Under the pieces are notes generated by a model that was not told the origin of the DNA, ran no database searches, and saw nothing but the letters and a program-made list of their open reading frames with translations. This document shows, piece after piece, positions 11,872 to 23,800 of a DNA stretch of 64,000 nt. The translations under genes were made by a program, and so were the position numbers. Within the stretch, counting starts at the first letter, position 1. Every line of letters starts with the position of its first letter. This DNA is from Lama glama (Eukaryota): contig CM052817.1 in assembly GCA_028534125.1 (NCBI GenBank), forward strand, positions 36,210,001-36,274,000, written 5' to 3'.

Positions 11872-14800
11872 ACACACACACATACATATACATAGAGATT
11901 ATAAAGAATTAGTTCATGCAATAATGAAGGCTCACAAGTCCCAAGATCTCTAGTCAGTAAGCTGGAGACCCAGAGAGCCAATGATGTAGTTCTAGCCCAA
12001 AAGTAGGCAGGCTCAAGACCCTGGAAGGGCTGATGCTTCCATTAGAGTCCGAAGGCCAGAGAAAATGACTGCCCCAGCCTAAAGACAGTCAGGCAGAAGG
12101 ATTACCTCTTATTCAGCCTTTTTGTTCTATTCAGGCCTTCAGTTGATTAGATGAGACCCATGCACACCAGGAAGGGCAATCTGCTTTACTCAGTTTCCTG
12201 AATCAAATGTTAATCTCTGCTCAATATCGCTAATTATCAGAGAAATGCAAATCATAACTACAATGAGGTATCACCTCACAGAAGTCAGAATGGCCATCAT
12301 TCAAAAAAGTCTGCAAACGATAAATGCTGGAGAGGGTGTTTTGAAAAGGGAACCCTCCCTACACTGTTGGTGGAAATGTAGTTTGGTGTGGCCACTACAG
12401 AGGACAATATGGAGATTCCTCAAAAGACTGAAAATAGATTTATCATATGATCCAGCAATCCCACTCCTGGGCATACATACAAAGGGAACTTTAATTCAAA
12501 AAGATGCATACACCCTAATGTTCATAGCAGCACTATTTACAATAGCCAAGACATGGTGGTAACCTAAATGTCCATCAACAGAAGACTGGATAAAGAAGTT
12601 GTGGTATATTTATACAATGTAATATTACTCAGCCATAAAAAATAATAAAATAATGCCATTTGCAGCAACATGGATGGTCTTGGAGACTGTTATTCTAAGT
12701 GAAGTAAGCTAGAAAGAGAAAGAAAACTATCATATGATATCACTCATATGTGGAATCTAACAAAAAAAAAAGACAAATAAATTTATTTACAAAACAGAAA
12801 CAGACTTACAAACATAGAAGACAAATCTATGGTTACCAGGGGGAAAGGAAACGGGAAGGGACAAATTGGAAGCATGAGATTTGCAGATACTGACTGGTAT
12901 ATATAAAATAGATAAACAAGTTTATAGTGCATAGCACAGGGAACTATATTCGGTATCTTGTAATAGCTTACAGTGAAAAACAATATGAAAACGAATATAT
13001 GTATATTCATGTATGACTGAAGCATTGTGCTGTACACCAGAAACTGACATAACACTGTAAACTGACTATACTTCAATAAATAAACAAACACACACACACA
13101 CAAAAGATAAAAAGGTGAAAGAACTTGAGGAGCAATATAATTTTGGAAAAGAACTAAGAGGACTCTCATTATCTAACTTCATGACGTACTATTATAAAGC
13201 TTCGGTTATCAAGCGTGGTATTGGTGAAAGGGACAGACACATAAATCAGTGCAACAGAACAGAAAGTCCAGAAATGGATCCACATGTATACAATTAGTTT
13301 TCAACAAATTTAAATGAGCAATTCAGTGGAGAAAGGACAGTGTTTTCAATAAATGGTACTGTATCAACAGACTATCCATATGCAAAAGGTATGTATTCCT
13401 ATACCTCATGCCTTTATTAAAGATAGCTAACTCAATATGGATCAGAGTCTAAATGTGAAACTTTAAACTGTAAAACTTCTAGAAGGAAATGTAAGACCAA
13501 ATCTTTATGGCTTTGAATTTGGCAAAGATTTCTTAACTATGACACCAAAAGCATAATCTATGAAGAAAAAATTAATAAAACGGATTTATCAAAATTTAAA
13601 ATGTCTGCTTTTTGAAGACCCTATTACAAAAATGAAAGGCAAGCCACAGGCTGGAAGAACATATTTACAAAACACATATCACACACAGGACCTGTACCCA
13701 GAATATATAAAAACATTAAAACAGTTAATGAGAGTAAAAAATACAGTTTAGAAAATGAGGAAAAGATCTTAACAGACATTTTAACAAAAGAGATATATGA
13801 ATGACACATAAGCACATTGGAAGATAGAATCATTAGTTATTATGGACACCAGACACAGCCCTTACTTAGACTAAGGGACAAAAAACCAGTAATACTAAAT
13901 GCTCAGGAGGATGTGGAGCAACTACAACTCTCATACATTGCTAGTATGAAAGCAAAATGGTACAGCCACTTTGAAAAACAATGCGGAAGTTTCTTACAAA
14001 GCTAAACTGACATTTACCATCTGACCCAGCGATTCCACTTCTAGGTATTTACCCAAGAGAAATGAAAACCTTTGTTTACACAGAAATCTGCCGATGAACA
14101 TTTTGAGCAGCATTATTCATAATCACACCAAAAAAAAACCCAAATGGGAATATTACTCATTAACAAAGAGGAACAAACACTACTATATGCAACACCACCG
14201 ATGAATCTCAAATGTATTATGCTGAATGAAAAAGACCAGGCTCAAAAGGCTACACGCATATGATTCCATTTATATGACATTCCACAGAAAACAAAACAAA
14301 ACAATTATCGTGGCAGATAACAGATCAGCGGCTGCCAGGGCTGGCAGTAAGGGAAGGGCTATGAGGGAATTTGGACGGGGGAATAAGGTTATTGTTCAAC
14401 AATTTGATTACCGTAGTGTTTGTCACAGTATCCTGAAAAGCCTAAAATTTATAGTACATAATTTATATCTCAAAACAGACTTTAAAAAAAGAGTAGCCTA
14501 GCTTATCACTAAGTTTAAAGATTTTTTAAAGATGGAAACAAAAATTCTAAAAGATGGGCACACCTTGTCTGTCTCAAGCAGGTTAAGTTAAATGGATTTG
14601 ATTAAAGTTTTGAGTTTTGTTTGGTGTTTTTAAACTGTGTCACAGCTTCTATACTATAGGAGTTAGAAGGCCTGGTTTCTGCCCCCGATTCTGCCCATCA
14701 GGTGATATATAAAGTAAGAGAATATTTATTTCACTTTATTTTTCTGCTTCTGAGTTCCTTATTTTAAAAAATGAGAAAAAGCATTCCAAACCTCAAGAGG

Positions 14801-17800
14801 TGATATATGGAACATGTAAGTGATATATGGAATATGTGTAGTATCAGCTACCTAAATATAGAGATATTATTTTAGCGAATTCAGTTAGGGTTAAGATTAA
14901 AATTTCAACTTTAACAAAACTCATTCATTACAAATGGCAATAAGGAAGCTGAACGTAAATTATATGGAACAGAATTAAGAAAGTAAAATAAATAACAGGA
15001 GTCACAAGTACCAAAAAACCTAGGATATTGGCTAATGGCAATATATTGCGCCTTTTGTAAATAGTTACTTTATTTGGGGAAGGGCACAAAGATGTCCTTT
15101 TCTTAAAGAGAATATTATTGCACGTTATCTCTGCATTTTAATACATGCAATTTAATTATTTTGTAAACAAAACACTTATCAAACGCTTTCTAAGTGTCAG
15201 CAATAAAAGCTAAACATATTAACTAACTTAATATTCCCCAAAACAAAAAGCACAAAATGTACTTTGGGAAGTAATATTCCTAACATTCATACGTTTTATG
15301 GAAAAGCTTCAGCAAGTTCCAACATAATGAAAGAAAAGCATTTATATCAGTAATGCTGAGCTTGAAAACATTCCTGAAGGATCGTTTGTCTTCCACACCT
15401 AAAATACACACCCTCATCCTTCTTCAAGAAGCTATCGTTTTTTGGCTTAATAAGGAATTAAAATGTCTACTCATTTGGCTATTAGAAAACAAGAGTTCGG
15501 TATTTAACACCTTTTTTTATGTTCTCAGATACAAATTATCAGCAAGACGCACAGAACAGAGGCTGAACTGCGGCGTGCCTTGGGAACAATGTCTGTGGGT
15601 AAACGTGTGTGTGTTTGTGTGGGGGGGTGCATGTGTGTCCCCATGAACAGCAGTACTAAACACCTGCTTCAACCTGGATAAGATGGGGGCGGGGGCCGTC
15701 CCCTGGGCCACAGGTGTCAGATAGTATTCCTTTCTTTGGCCCTCCTCCAGCTTTATTCCTCCCCACAGGACACAGATTCTGAAGACCCTTCTAGAACATT
15801 CCATGATACCCGGGTTCCTGAGATTCCCGATCCAAACGTTTCAGGGTCCATCCTGCTGGGAAGAGACCCTACCACCGGTATTCATGCCGCTAGGCTGCTA
15901 AAGGGCCAAGATGGGGGGCGAGGGTGGGGGGATGGGCATGCAAGCTACATTATCCCCTGCTCCCCATCACGCACCCAGGTCCCAAAGCGGGTGGAATGGA
16001 GTCAGCTCTTCCGCACCTCTACTTTCTGGGAAAAAATTCAGTGGAATCTGAGGTGATCAAAGCCGAGTAAGCCAGAGAGGCTCCCTACCAAGGCCTACCA
16101 AATGCCAGCTACGGGGAGATGGAGACACACGCCAAGCCAGATGTACTGCCAGATGTAAGCACCTGCATGGGCTTGAGGAGCAAACAGGCTGAGGCCGTCC
16201 ACGCAGCTTCCGGAAAACTGCCGCAGACCCCCGCTGCCATTCCCCACCCCTGCTTTCGGGGGGAGGGGTGCGTGGGCGGACGGGGCAGGGTATCTAAGAG
16301 ACGGGGACTGACGTCGCCCGCAGTGCGGGGGAGCCGGCCGGGTAGCAACAGGAGGAGGCTGGCGCCGTTCGAGGGCCCGACCATCAGCTGATGCCGGAGA
16401 GCCAGTCAAGGGCCCGCGGGCGAAAGGGCGGGGCCGCGCCCACGTCACTGCCGCGGCCGACGTCAGCGCCGCTTGCCGCTTGCCGCAGCCGCAGGACCGC
16501 TGTGGTGCAGTCGGGTGCAGGTCTCTGCAGGAGCCAGTCTAGACCTCCGCGCTTCTCGAACATGGCCGACTCGGAGAACCAGGGCCCTGCGGAGCCGAGC
16601 CAGGCGGCAGCGGCGGCAGCGGCGGCAGCGGAGGCGGCCGCGGCGGCAGAGGAGGTAATGGCGGAAAGTGGTGCGCAGGGGGGCGATTCTGACAGCGCGG
16701 CCGGCGACTCCGACGGCGCGGCCGGTCAGACGGCGGAGGAGCCCCAGACCCCTGCAGAGAATGCACCAAAGCCTAGGAATGACTTTATCGAGAGCCTGCC
16801 TAACTCGGTGAAATGCCGAGTCCTGGCCCTCAAAAAGCTGCAGAAGCGATGCGATAAGATAGAAGCCAAATTTGATAAGGAATTTCAGGCTCTGGAGAAA
16901 AAGTATAACGACATCTATAAGCCCTTACTTGCCAAGATCCAGGAGCTCACCGGTGAGATGGAGGGGTGTGCATGGACCTTAGAGGGTGAGGAGGATGAAG
17001 ACGATGATGAAGAGTATGAGGATGAGGAGGAGGGTGAGGAGGAGGAGGAAGAGGAGGAAGAGCCTGCGGCAGAGGCTGCGGCGGAGGCGGCAGCTGCCGC
17101 CAAAGATGAGGGTCCCCACTCCGCAGCGCCTGATGACGCCAAGTAAGCGGGGGCAGATTGCAGAGGAGAATGACGACGCAGATAACGCCCCCCTCTTTCT
17201 TTTTCTTTTTTTAATACTGGTGGACTTGAAAAGGCTCAGGTTTTGGACCAAAATAACAATGTGAATCAATTCTGACATTCCTAAAATAATAATAAAATCG
17301 AAGCAATCTGATTTTGGCGAGCCCGTTTCAAATTTGATTTGCAATTTGAACACAAGTAAATGTATCAAAAAGGTGTTGAAAACGAGTTAAATTTAAAATG
17401 ATTTTTTTCATGATCTCTTCTGCAAGGACTGGAGATGAGACTTACTAAGGGTGTCAAGTAGATGTGAAGTAAAGAACGTCACTTTGAAACCCTTTCATCA
17501 CATTATCATTACACTACGCACGGAACACCTAAGCCAGGACCGAACATTTTCTCAATGCTTGATTCTTCAATTTCTTTAATCATGCAGTTTTCCAGCGCAG
17601 AAGAAGGTGAACCCATGACAAATCTCAAATCTCATCTTTAAGACTTTGCTTTTGTAACCCAGACATCAGCTTTACACTTCAGAGAAGAGGGATGGAATGG
17701 AGGGAGCCGGTGCTGGAGATCATGACAGTACTATTAATGAGGTCCAGAAAACTGCCACTTCAAATTCTAAAGACTGTTCTGACTATTTGAATTTAGAGAA

Positions 17801-20800
17801 ACAGCATGGTTCTGAGAAGGAGGGTGTATAACCTGTACAATATTGTCACCATATGTGTTCATTATTTACAGTCTCGTGTTTCTGTGTTTTCTTGGTAGTG
17901 TCTATTTACAAAGGTATAAAAAAAAAACCCAAATGTTTAAGTTTAAATCCCTTTACCTAGTATTTTAGAAATATTAATTTACTTGAAAAGATGTAGAATC
18001 TAGTAAATTCTGTAAAGCATGTGTATCCAATGTTACGTACTTTGATCCTTGTGATGTCTTTCTGTCTTGTAGCTTTTAGAATGTAGCTGTGAAAATCATC
18101 AGAACTCTTCACTGAAGCTAATGTTTGGAAAAAATATATACTTGAAGAACCAATCCAACTGTGTGTCCCCACCCCCAGCTCAGAAGTAGAAAGGGTTTAA
18201 GTTTGCTTGTGTTAGCTGTGCCTTCATTATTTTGCTATGTAAATGTGACATATTAAATATAAAATGGTGCATAATCAGATTTTACTGCTTGAGAACAGAA
18301 TGGCCTACAGAAAAAGAATTTTTAGGAGGACACATTTAACGTAAAGACTCTTTGCTTCTTTGTGGGTTTTGAATTGTGTGACTCAGTGATCTATAAAGAA
18401 ATATAAGCATAAAGTTGTTTACCACTGTGGTGTTAATAAAATAGTATTTTCAAAAAACAAAAGGACTCAGTACTCTGCCTACCTGGAATCAAATCCCAGC
18501 TCTGCTTCCTTTTAACAGTGAACCTGGGGCAATTTAGTTAATCTGCTCAGTTTCTCTTTACCTATAAAAGGAGATAGTAACAGCCCCTTCCTCACAGATT
18601 ATTTTAGGGAGAACAAATTTCATTTACACAAAGCCCACAGAACAGTGTCTGACACTAAGTGCTCAAGAAATTTTAGCTATTATTATTATTACATGAAAGA
18701 TAAAGACAATTTGAAATTCAATCCTCCTAAGTTACAAAAGGGGAGAAAATGCATATCATTATATTCTTAAGTGTATAATTTTTATTGTTAGAAAAGAATA
18801 TGGCCTTTAATTCATAAACACACGAAATTCAATAAACTGTCTTGTTTTGGTTTCCTCAGTATAAAAATCAGGGGTTGATTTCCTCCCAGAAAGGGTAAGA
18901 CTTTAGTGTGACATTTTGAATATATAAAAAAGGTTAGTTCAACTTTACATTCGGGCATTCTAAATGAAGTATAAAATTAAAGACTCCAAAATTTTTTTAA
19001 ACACAGACGTGTTTTCCTCCATTTCCCTTGAGGGTTAAAATTACTTAGAAGCAAAATGAGACTGTTTTACCTTAGGGAATGGAAGGAAGCTCTGACCTGT
19101 TGCTTATGGCAATAGTTGAGTAAAACCTTAAGGTTAAATATTAATCTTCCTTAAGGCCAGGCCAACAAAAAGAGAAAGTCAAAATAATGTACTACATAAG
19201 AAGACAGTGATTACCTTAATTATATGTTTATCCTAAATAGGAGCAAAAAAAACCCAAAGTAATAAAATTGAATATTAACTTCTTACCCCTAGGAATAAGA
19301 GACTCATTTCATATTTTTCTAGGTCCAGCAAAAAGGCAAAAATGAATGAAACAAATAAGGTGTATAATTAGTAGGGAAACATCTTTTTGCTGGCATGTGA
19401 TTATATATGGAAAACCCAAGAGAATGAACTGAAAGCTATCACATTCAGTAAGTTTGAGGAATTGACCAGTTACCAGATAAATATATTAAAAACCAATAAC
19501 TATTTCTAGGCACTAATAATGATAAAAATGTATACAAAATTTCTTTACAGCAGAAATAAATCAAAATATTTATAAAAACCTCTACTAAAAATTGTGTATA
19601 ACCTATGAAAAGAAAAAAATTATCACAAAGAAATGTACTAGAGGCCTTTGGATGGTAATACTGAGTATCACAAAAGTGTCAATTCTTCCCAAATTAACTT
19701 TTAATTTATCTAACTTCAAATCAAAACCCAAACTGGATCTGGAACCATATAATTACCTTAATCTTCACCTCTAAGAATATGGAAACAAGATTTTCACCTT
19801 AGACTACAGACTCAAAAAAATTTTTTGACTGAAGAAAATACATTATTGAGTATTCATCAATTACTGGACAGGAAAGGCTAAGTTTAGAATGATTTAAGAC
19901 CAAAAGAAATAATCAACAGACGTGAGAACACAAAAATGAAATTATAAAGATTTAAACACACTCCACATTCTTAAAAGTAAACAGCAAACTGGGAATAAAA
20001 TCTGCAGTAAATACAGGTGGCAAAGGGTTGGTAGTTTTAATATAATAAAGAGTTCATACAAATCATATGAAAATCATTTAGTCTTTTTTTATGGGTTCCT
20101 AGAATTTATTATGCTTATAAACTTAAAATACAAATGCTTATGGTATATTTAAAAAAATTTTTTTATATTTTTCAACATTTGCTGATTCTTACTTCGTGGT
20201 ACAGTCTGTGCTTGGAAACCAAAACTGATATTTCTACCTCTAAATTATATTTAATACAGTAGTGTCTTCATTATTTTGGTTATTCTTTTTACTGTCTATA
20301 ATACCTACATGTATATACAAACATATTTTAGTTATATATGTAAAAGCACCTTTGGATCTCTGAGGGAAAAAAACGCTAAATATAATAAAAAGTATTTACA
20401 CCGACTTCCGTATGTCTTAGTATCAGTGACTTAGATATACCAGTTCTATTTAAAAAATTTTTTTAAAGTATGATTCAGTCAAAAGACAATATCTACAAAA
20501 AAACAAGCAGCAAGCTGCTGTCAAACTAGGTTGATGATACCTTCAAGCTTAAGAATCAGTAGACGCTTAAGTTTGATAGAGGTTCAAGCCTTTATTTAGT
20601 TCAAGACTAAAAATCATTTAGTCTTAATAAGAAAATATGTAAAGGATATCAGCAGACTACTTTAAAAAGGGGAAATACTGCAGGCCTGTTTTGGACAAAG
20701 ACCCATCCTGAGAGGGCAGCACGAAGTGGACCAGGCCTCCAGCAAGGTCTGGAACACACGTGTCCCAGCTGGGTGCTCTGGACAACAATCTTTCCTTCAC

Positions 20801-23800
20801 TTCCAGTGAGACTTCAGCTGTGGGGTTTTCTAGCTACCAGTCACACCACTGTTGGCCACTTTTCTCAGGATACAGGCACATAAATGATGCCCTTCATAAT
20901 GTCAACAATTTCCACCATTTCCTGACTGGGTTGATCTTTCCCCTCTGCTTCCTGCACTGCTTATTTGATAGTTCCTCAGGCAGCCATAAAACTTGCCTGT
21001 TAACATCTAGCAGGATACCCTCCCTTCAAGGCAGGTCAAACATTCTAGCTCATAAGCCATTCTTAGTCCATTATAGGCCCAAATTAGTAAGCAAGACACA
21101 ACATAACCGGCAGAAAGAAAGGCAACATGCATTACACATTCAAGTCAGTCTCTAACAGCATCACGCAGAAGCCTGCCGAAGCTCACTGCCCAAGCAAGGC
21201 ACACACAGCAGCTCTTCTGCCTGAGAGTTCACATCCAAGCACACAGACACGTTGCCAGTGCACACACATACACAAACACATTTTTTTATTGAGGTGAAAT
21301 TCACAAAACATAATTAGCCATTTTAAATGAACAATTCAGTGGCATTTAATACACTAACAGTAGTGTGCAAGGATCATTTGTATCTAATTCACTTCTTTTT
21401 AACAAAAATATTTTACAGGTAAACATCAATAAAATGGATCAATGCTGTGTAGAATATGCAAAGTAGCCTATGTATGGAGGAAATACAAAATTTTACAGGT
21501 GAGATCAAATTTCTTATGAGATCAGTTTTTTTAAAGAAGAATACTCAGTATTTGTAAGGATTAGGTGAAATGGGTATTCTCATATACTGATGACAATGTA
21601 TAAGCTGGTACAATTCATTTTTAAAATAAATTTAGCAAGAATATCAAGAGATTCAAAATGATATATACTAATTCAATTTCGGCCTTGGAACCTTATCAAT
21701 AAAAAGCAATTTTAAAGATAAACAAAGCTTTATACTTAAGACGTTTGATACAGTCTTTAAAAATGAAGGAGAGGGAAGAGAAAGGGAAAAGGGGAAATAA
21801 AACACAGAAACAAGTCAAATACCCCAAAGCAAAAGAACAGAAAATACACTGTGCAGCCATTATTAACGTGTCCATGAGGGCTCTGTAGTAACATTATAGA
21901 TAGATACAAGCACTATTTCAAGTTTAAAAATTCAGACATAGAAGTGTATATTATATAGTATGTTTTTAACTATGCTAAATCTGTTTTTTTTAATTGCATA
22001 GTCTGAAAGGAATACAGCAAATTCTTCAAAGTCATTCATCTCCAGGGGGCAGGGGGACACAGGACTCTGGAGCCCTGGTCTTGGCCTCTAAGAGGCAGGG
22101 TGCTGACCATTCATGGAGCACAGGCTCTCACTCAAACAGAATGGCTTCGAATCCTGGGTCTGGTTTTGAAACCTGGACTTCTGGCTGTGTAACCTTGAAC
22201 AAGTGACCTATGCCTCTCTCTGCCTCATTTCTTTATCTGTAAAGTGGGGAGGATTAAATGTGAAGGACCTAGAATAATGTCTGACATGGTAAGCACTCAA
22301 GAATTGTTACTGAATACTTAACTATCTGCTATTCCTGGAACAGCCCAGTGCAAGTCCAAGGCAGATCTTAACGATTATACCTCTCACAGACAATGTCAAG
22401 AGATCACCTGGAGTCTGTCAGCAGCCCTAACTTCAATAGATCTTAAGGAGCTAGAAGTATTTGTCATGTACGGGTTTTATTTTCAGGTTCTCTCTATAGA
22501 ATATCAGTGCCCATCAGAGCACTTACCTTAAGCCTGGTATTTCTCACCGTGTATTCCCTCTCCCCCCCCTTTTTTTTTAATATGGAAGAAATGGTGAAAG
22601 ATATGGATTGCTTTCGATTTGATTAAACTGAGGTAAGCTGGGGGTAATCTAGAATGATATGTGGGTTTTTCATTAATGTAATAACACCATGCTACAGAGT
22701 GTGAGAAATACTTAACCATGCATGAATAGTCACGTAATACGGTATTATCCAGATGTGACTACCAGCTGTGGCAAGATTTAGCTAAGATATGGCCAACAGC
22801 AGTCACCCACGGATGTTCTTTTACCTGGATGCTTATAAATCATTGGTCTGTCTGCAGCTCTTGTCCAAGGAGAGAAAGCAATTTTAAGACCAAATGGAGT
22901 ATAATAAATTATGGATACAGAATTGGTACCCTTCTGACATTTTCCTTCAGGGCAGCGGTGACAGCAAATATCTTACTGTTAACTCAACAAAGCACCTTCA
23001 ATGCCAGCAGTATCTGTATTCACAAAAGCCCAAGTTAAAAATCCAGCAGGTATTATTCTTTTAGTTCTTTCATTTACTTTTCTTAGACGGATCTAAGAAA
23101 TACCCAGAAAGGAGCCCCAGTGATGAGATGACGGCGTGTAACAGTCAAAGGGGAATAACAGCTGCAATGATTAATCTTTTACCGTCGTATATAACCTTTC
23201 TTACCAGGAGCTCAACAAGCTTTGCTGATAAGGTTCCTGCTTTTTGCAATATAAAAGAAAAAGGAAAAAAATTTCACCAGTCTTTTTCCGGCTGTCCCTA
23301 ACTATGACAGCAATACTAAGTAATGTGGCAGTAACCACATGAGGTTTTCAGAAGCCTGCCCACCAGGTAACTGTGACAGCAGGGGGTCTAACCCCATCGC
23401 CAAGTACAGACGCACAGACAAAACAGTGTGGCTGAGAGCACTGTGTACTCAGTGAGTGCCCGTGACCCAGAGAAGCCAAACCCCACACTTCTCCCTAACA
23501 TAGAAGCTTTTCCATATTTTAATGTCAAACACAGTGTACTGCCATAAAAACGGGAATCCTCCCTTCTGCCTGGCAATACTTAAAACCACAGCACTTCTTA
23601 TGCACAAAAATTTGTAAACTTTTGAAGCTATTTTTTAGAAAGTCACGGTAACAGAATGATGGAGTTTTATAGTACAAGTAAAAGAACAATGTAAGTTCCT
23701 TCATTACTCCCTTGAATTTATATACTGTCTTTCTTCCAAGGAACCTCTATGTCGTCAGAACATCCTTATGGAAAATGTTTTTTAGAAGCAGCCCTTAAGT

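Noticed and set aside
10024..12218. Oppositely oriented MLT2-like LTR pair as a dsRNA-forming structure
   Set aside because: The copies look old and too diverged for a long duplex; more likely independent insertions.
14799..14840. 21-bp tandem duplication GTGATATATGGAA(C/T)ATGT
   Set aside because: Two-copy slippage with no supporting functional context.
16391..16561. In-frame upstream ATG giving NAP1L5 a 57-aa N-terminal extension (251-aa ORF)
   Set aside because: It lies upstream of the GC box/CRE cluster and so probably before the TSS. Kozak context is poor, and known orthologues start at MADSEN.
16095..17368. Overlapping alternative-frame and antisense ORFs around NAP1L5 (poly-Ser, poly-Arg, Pro-rich)
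   Set aside because: Shadows of the GC-rich island and GAG/GCG codon repeats; no recognisable domain.
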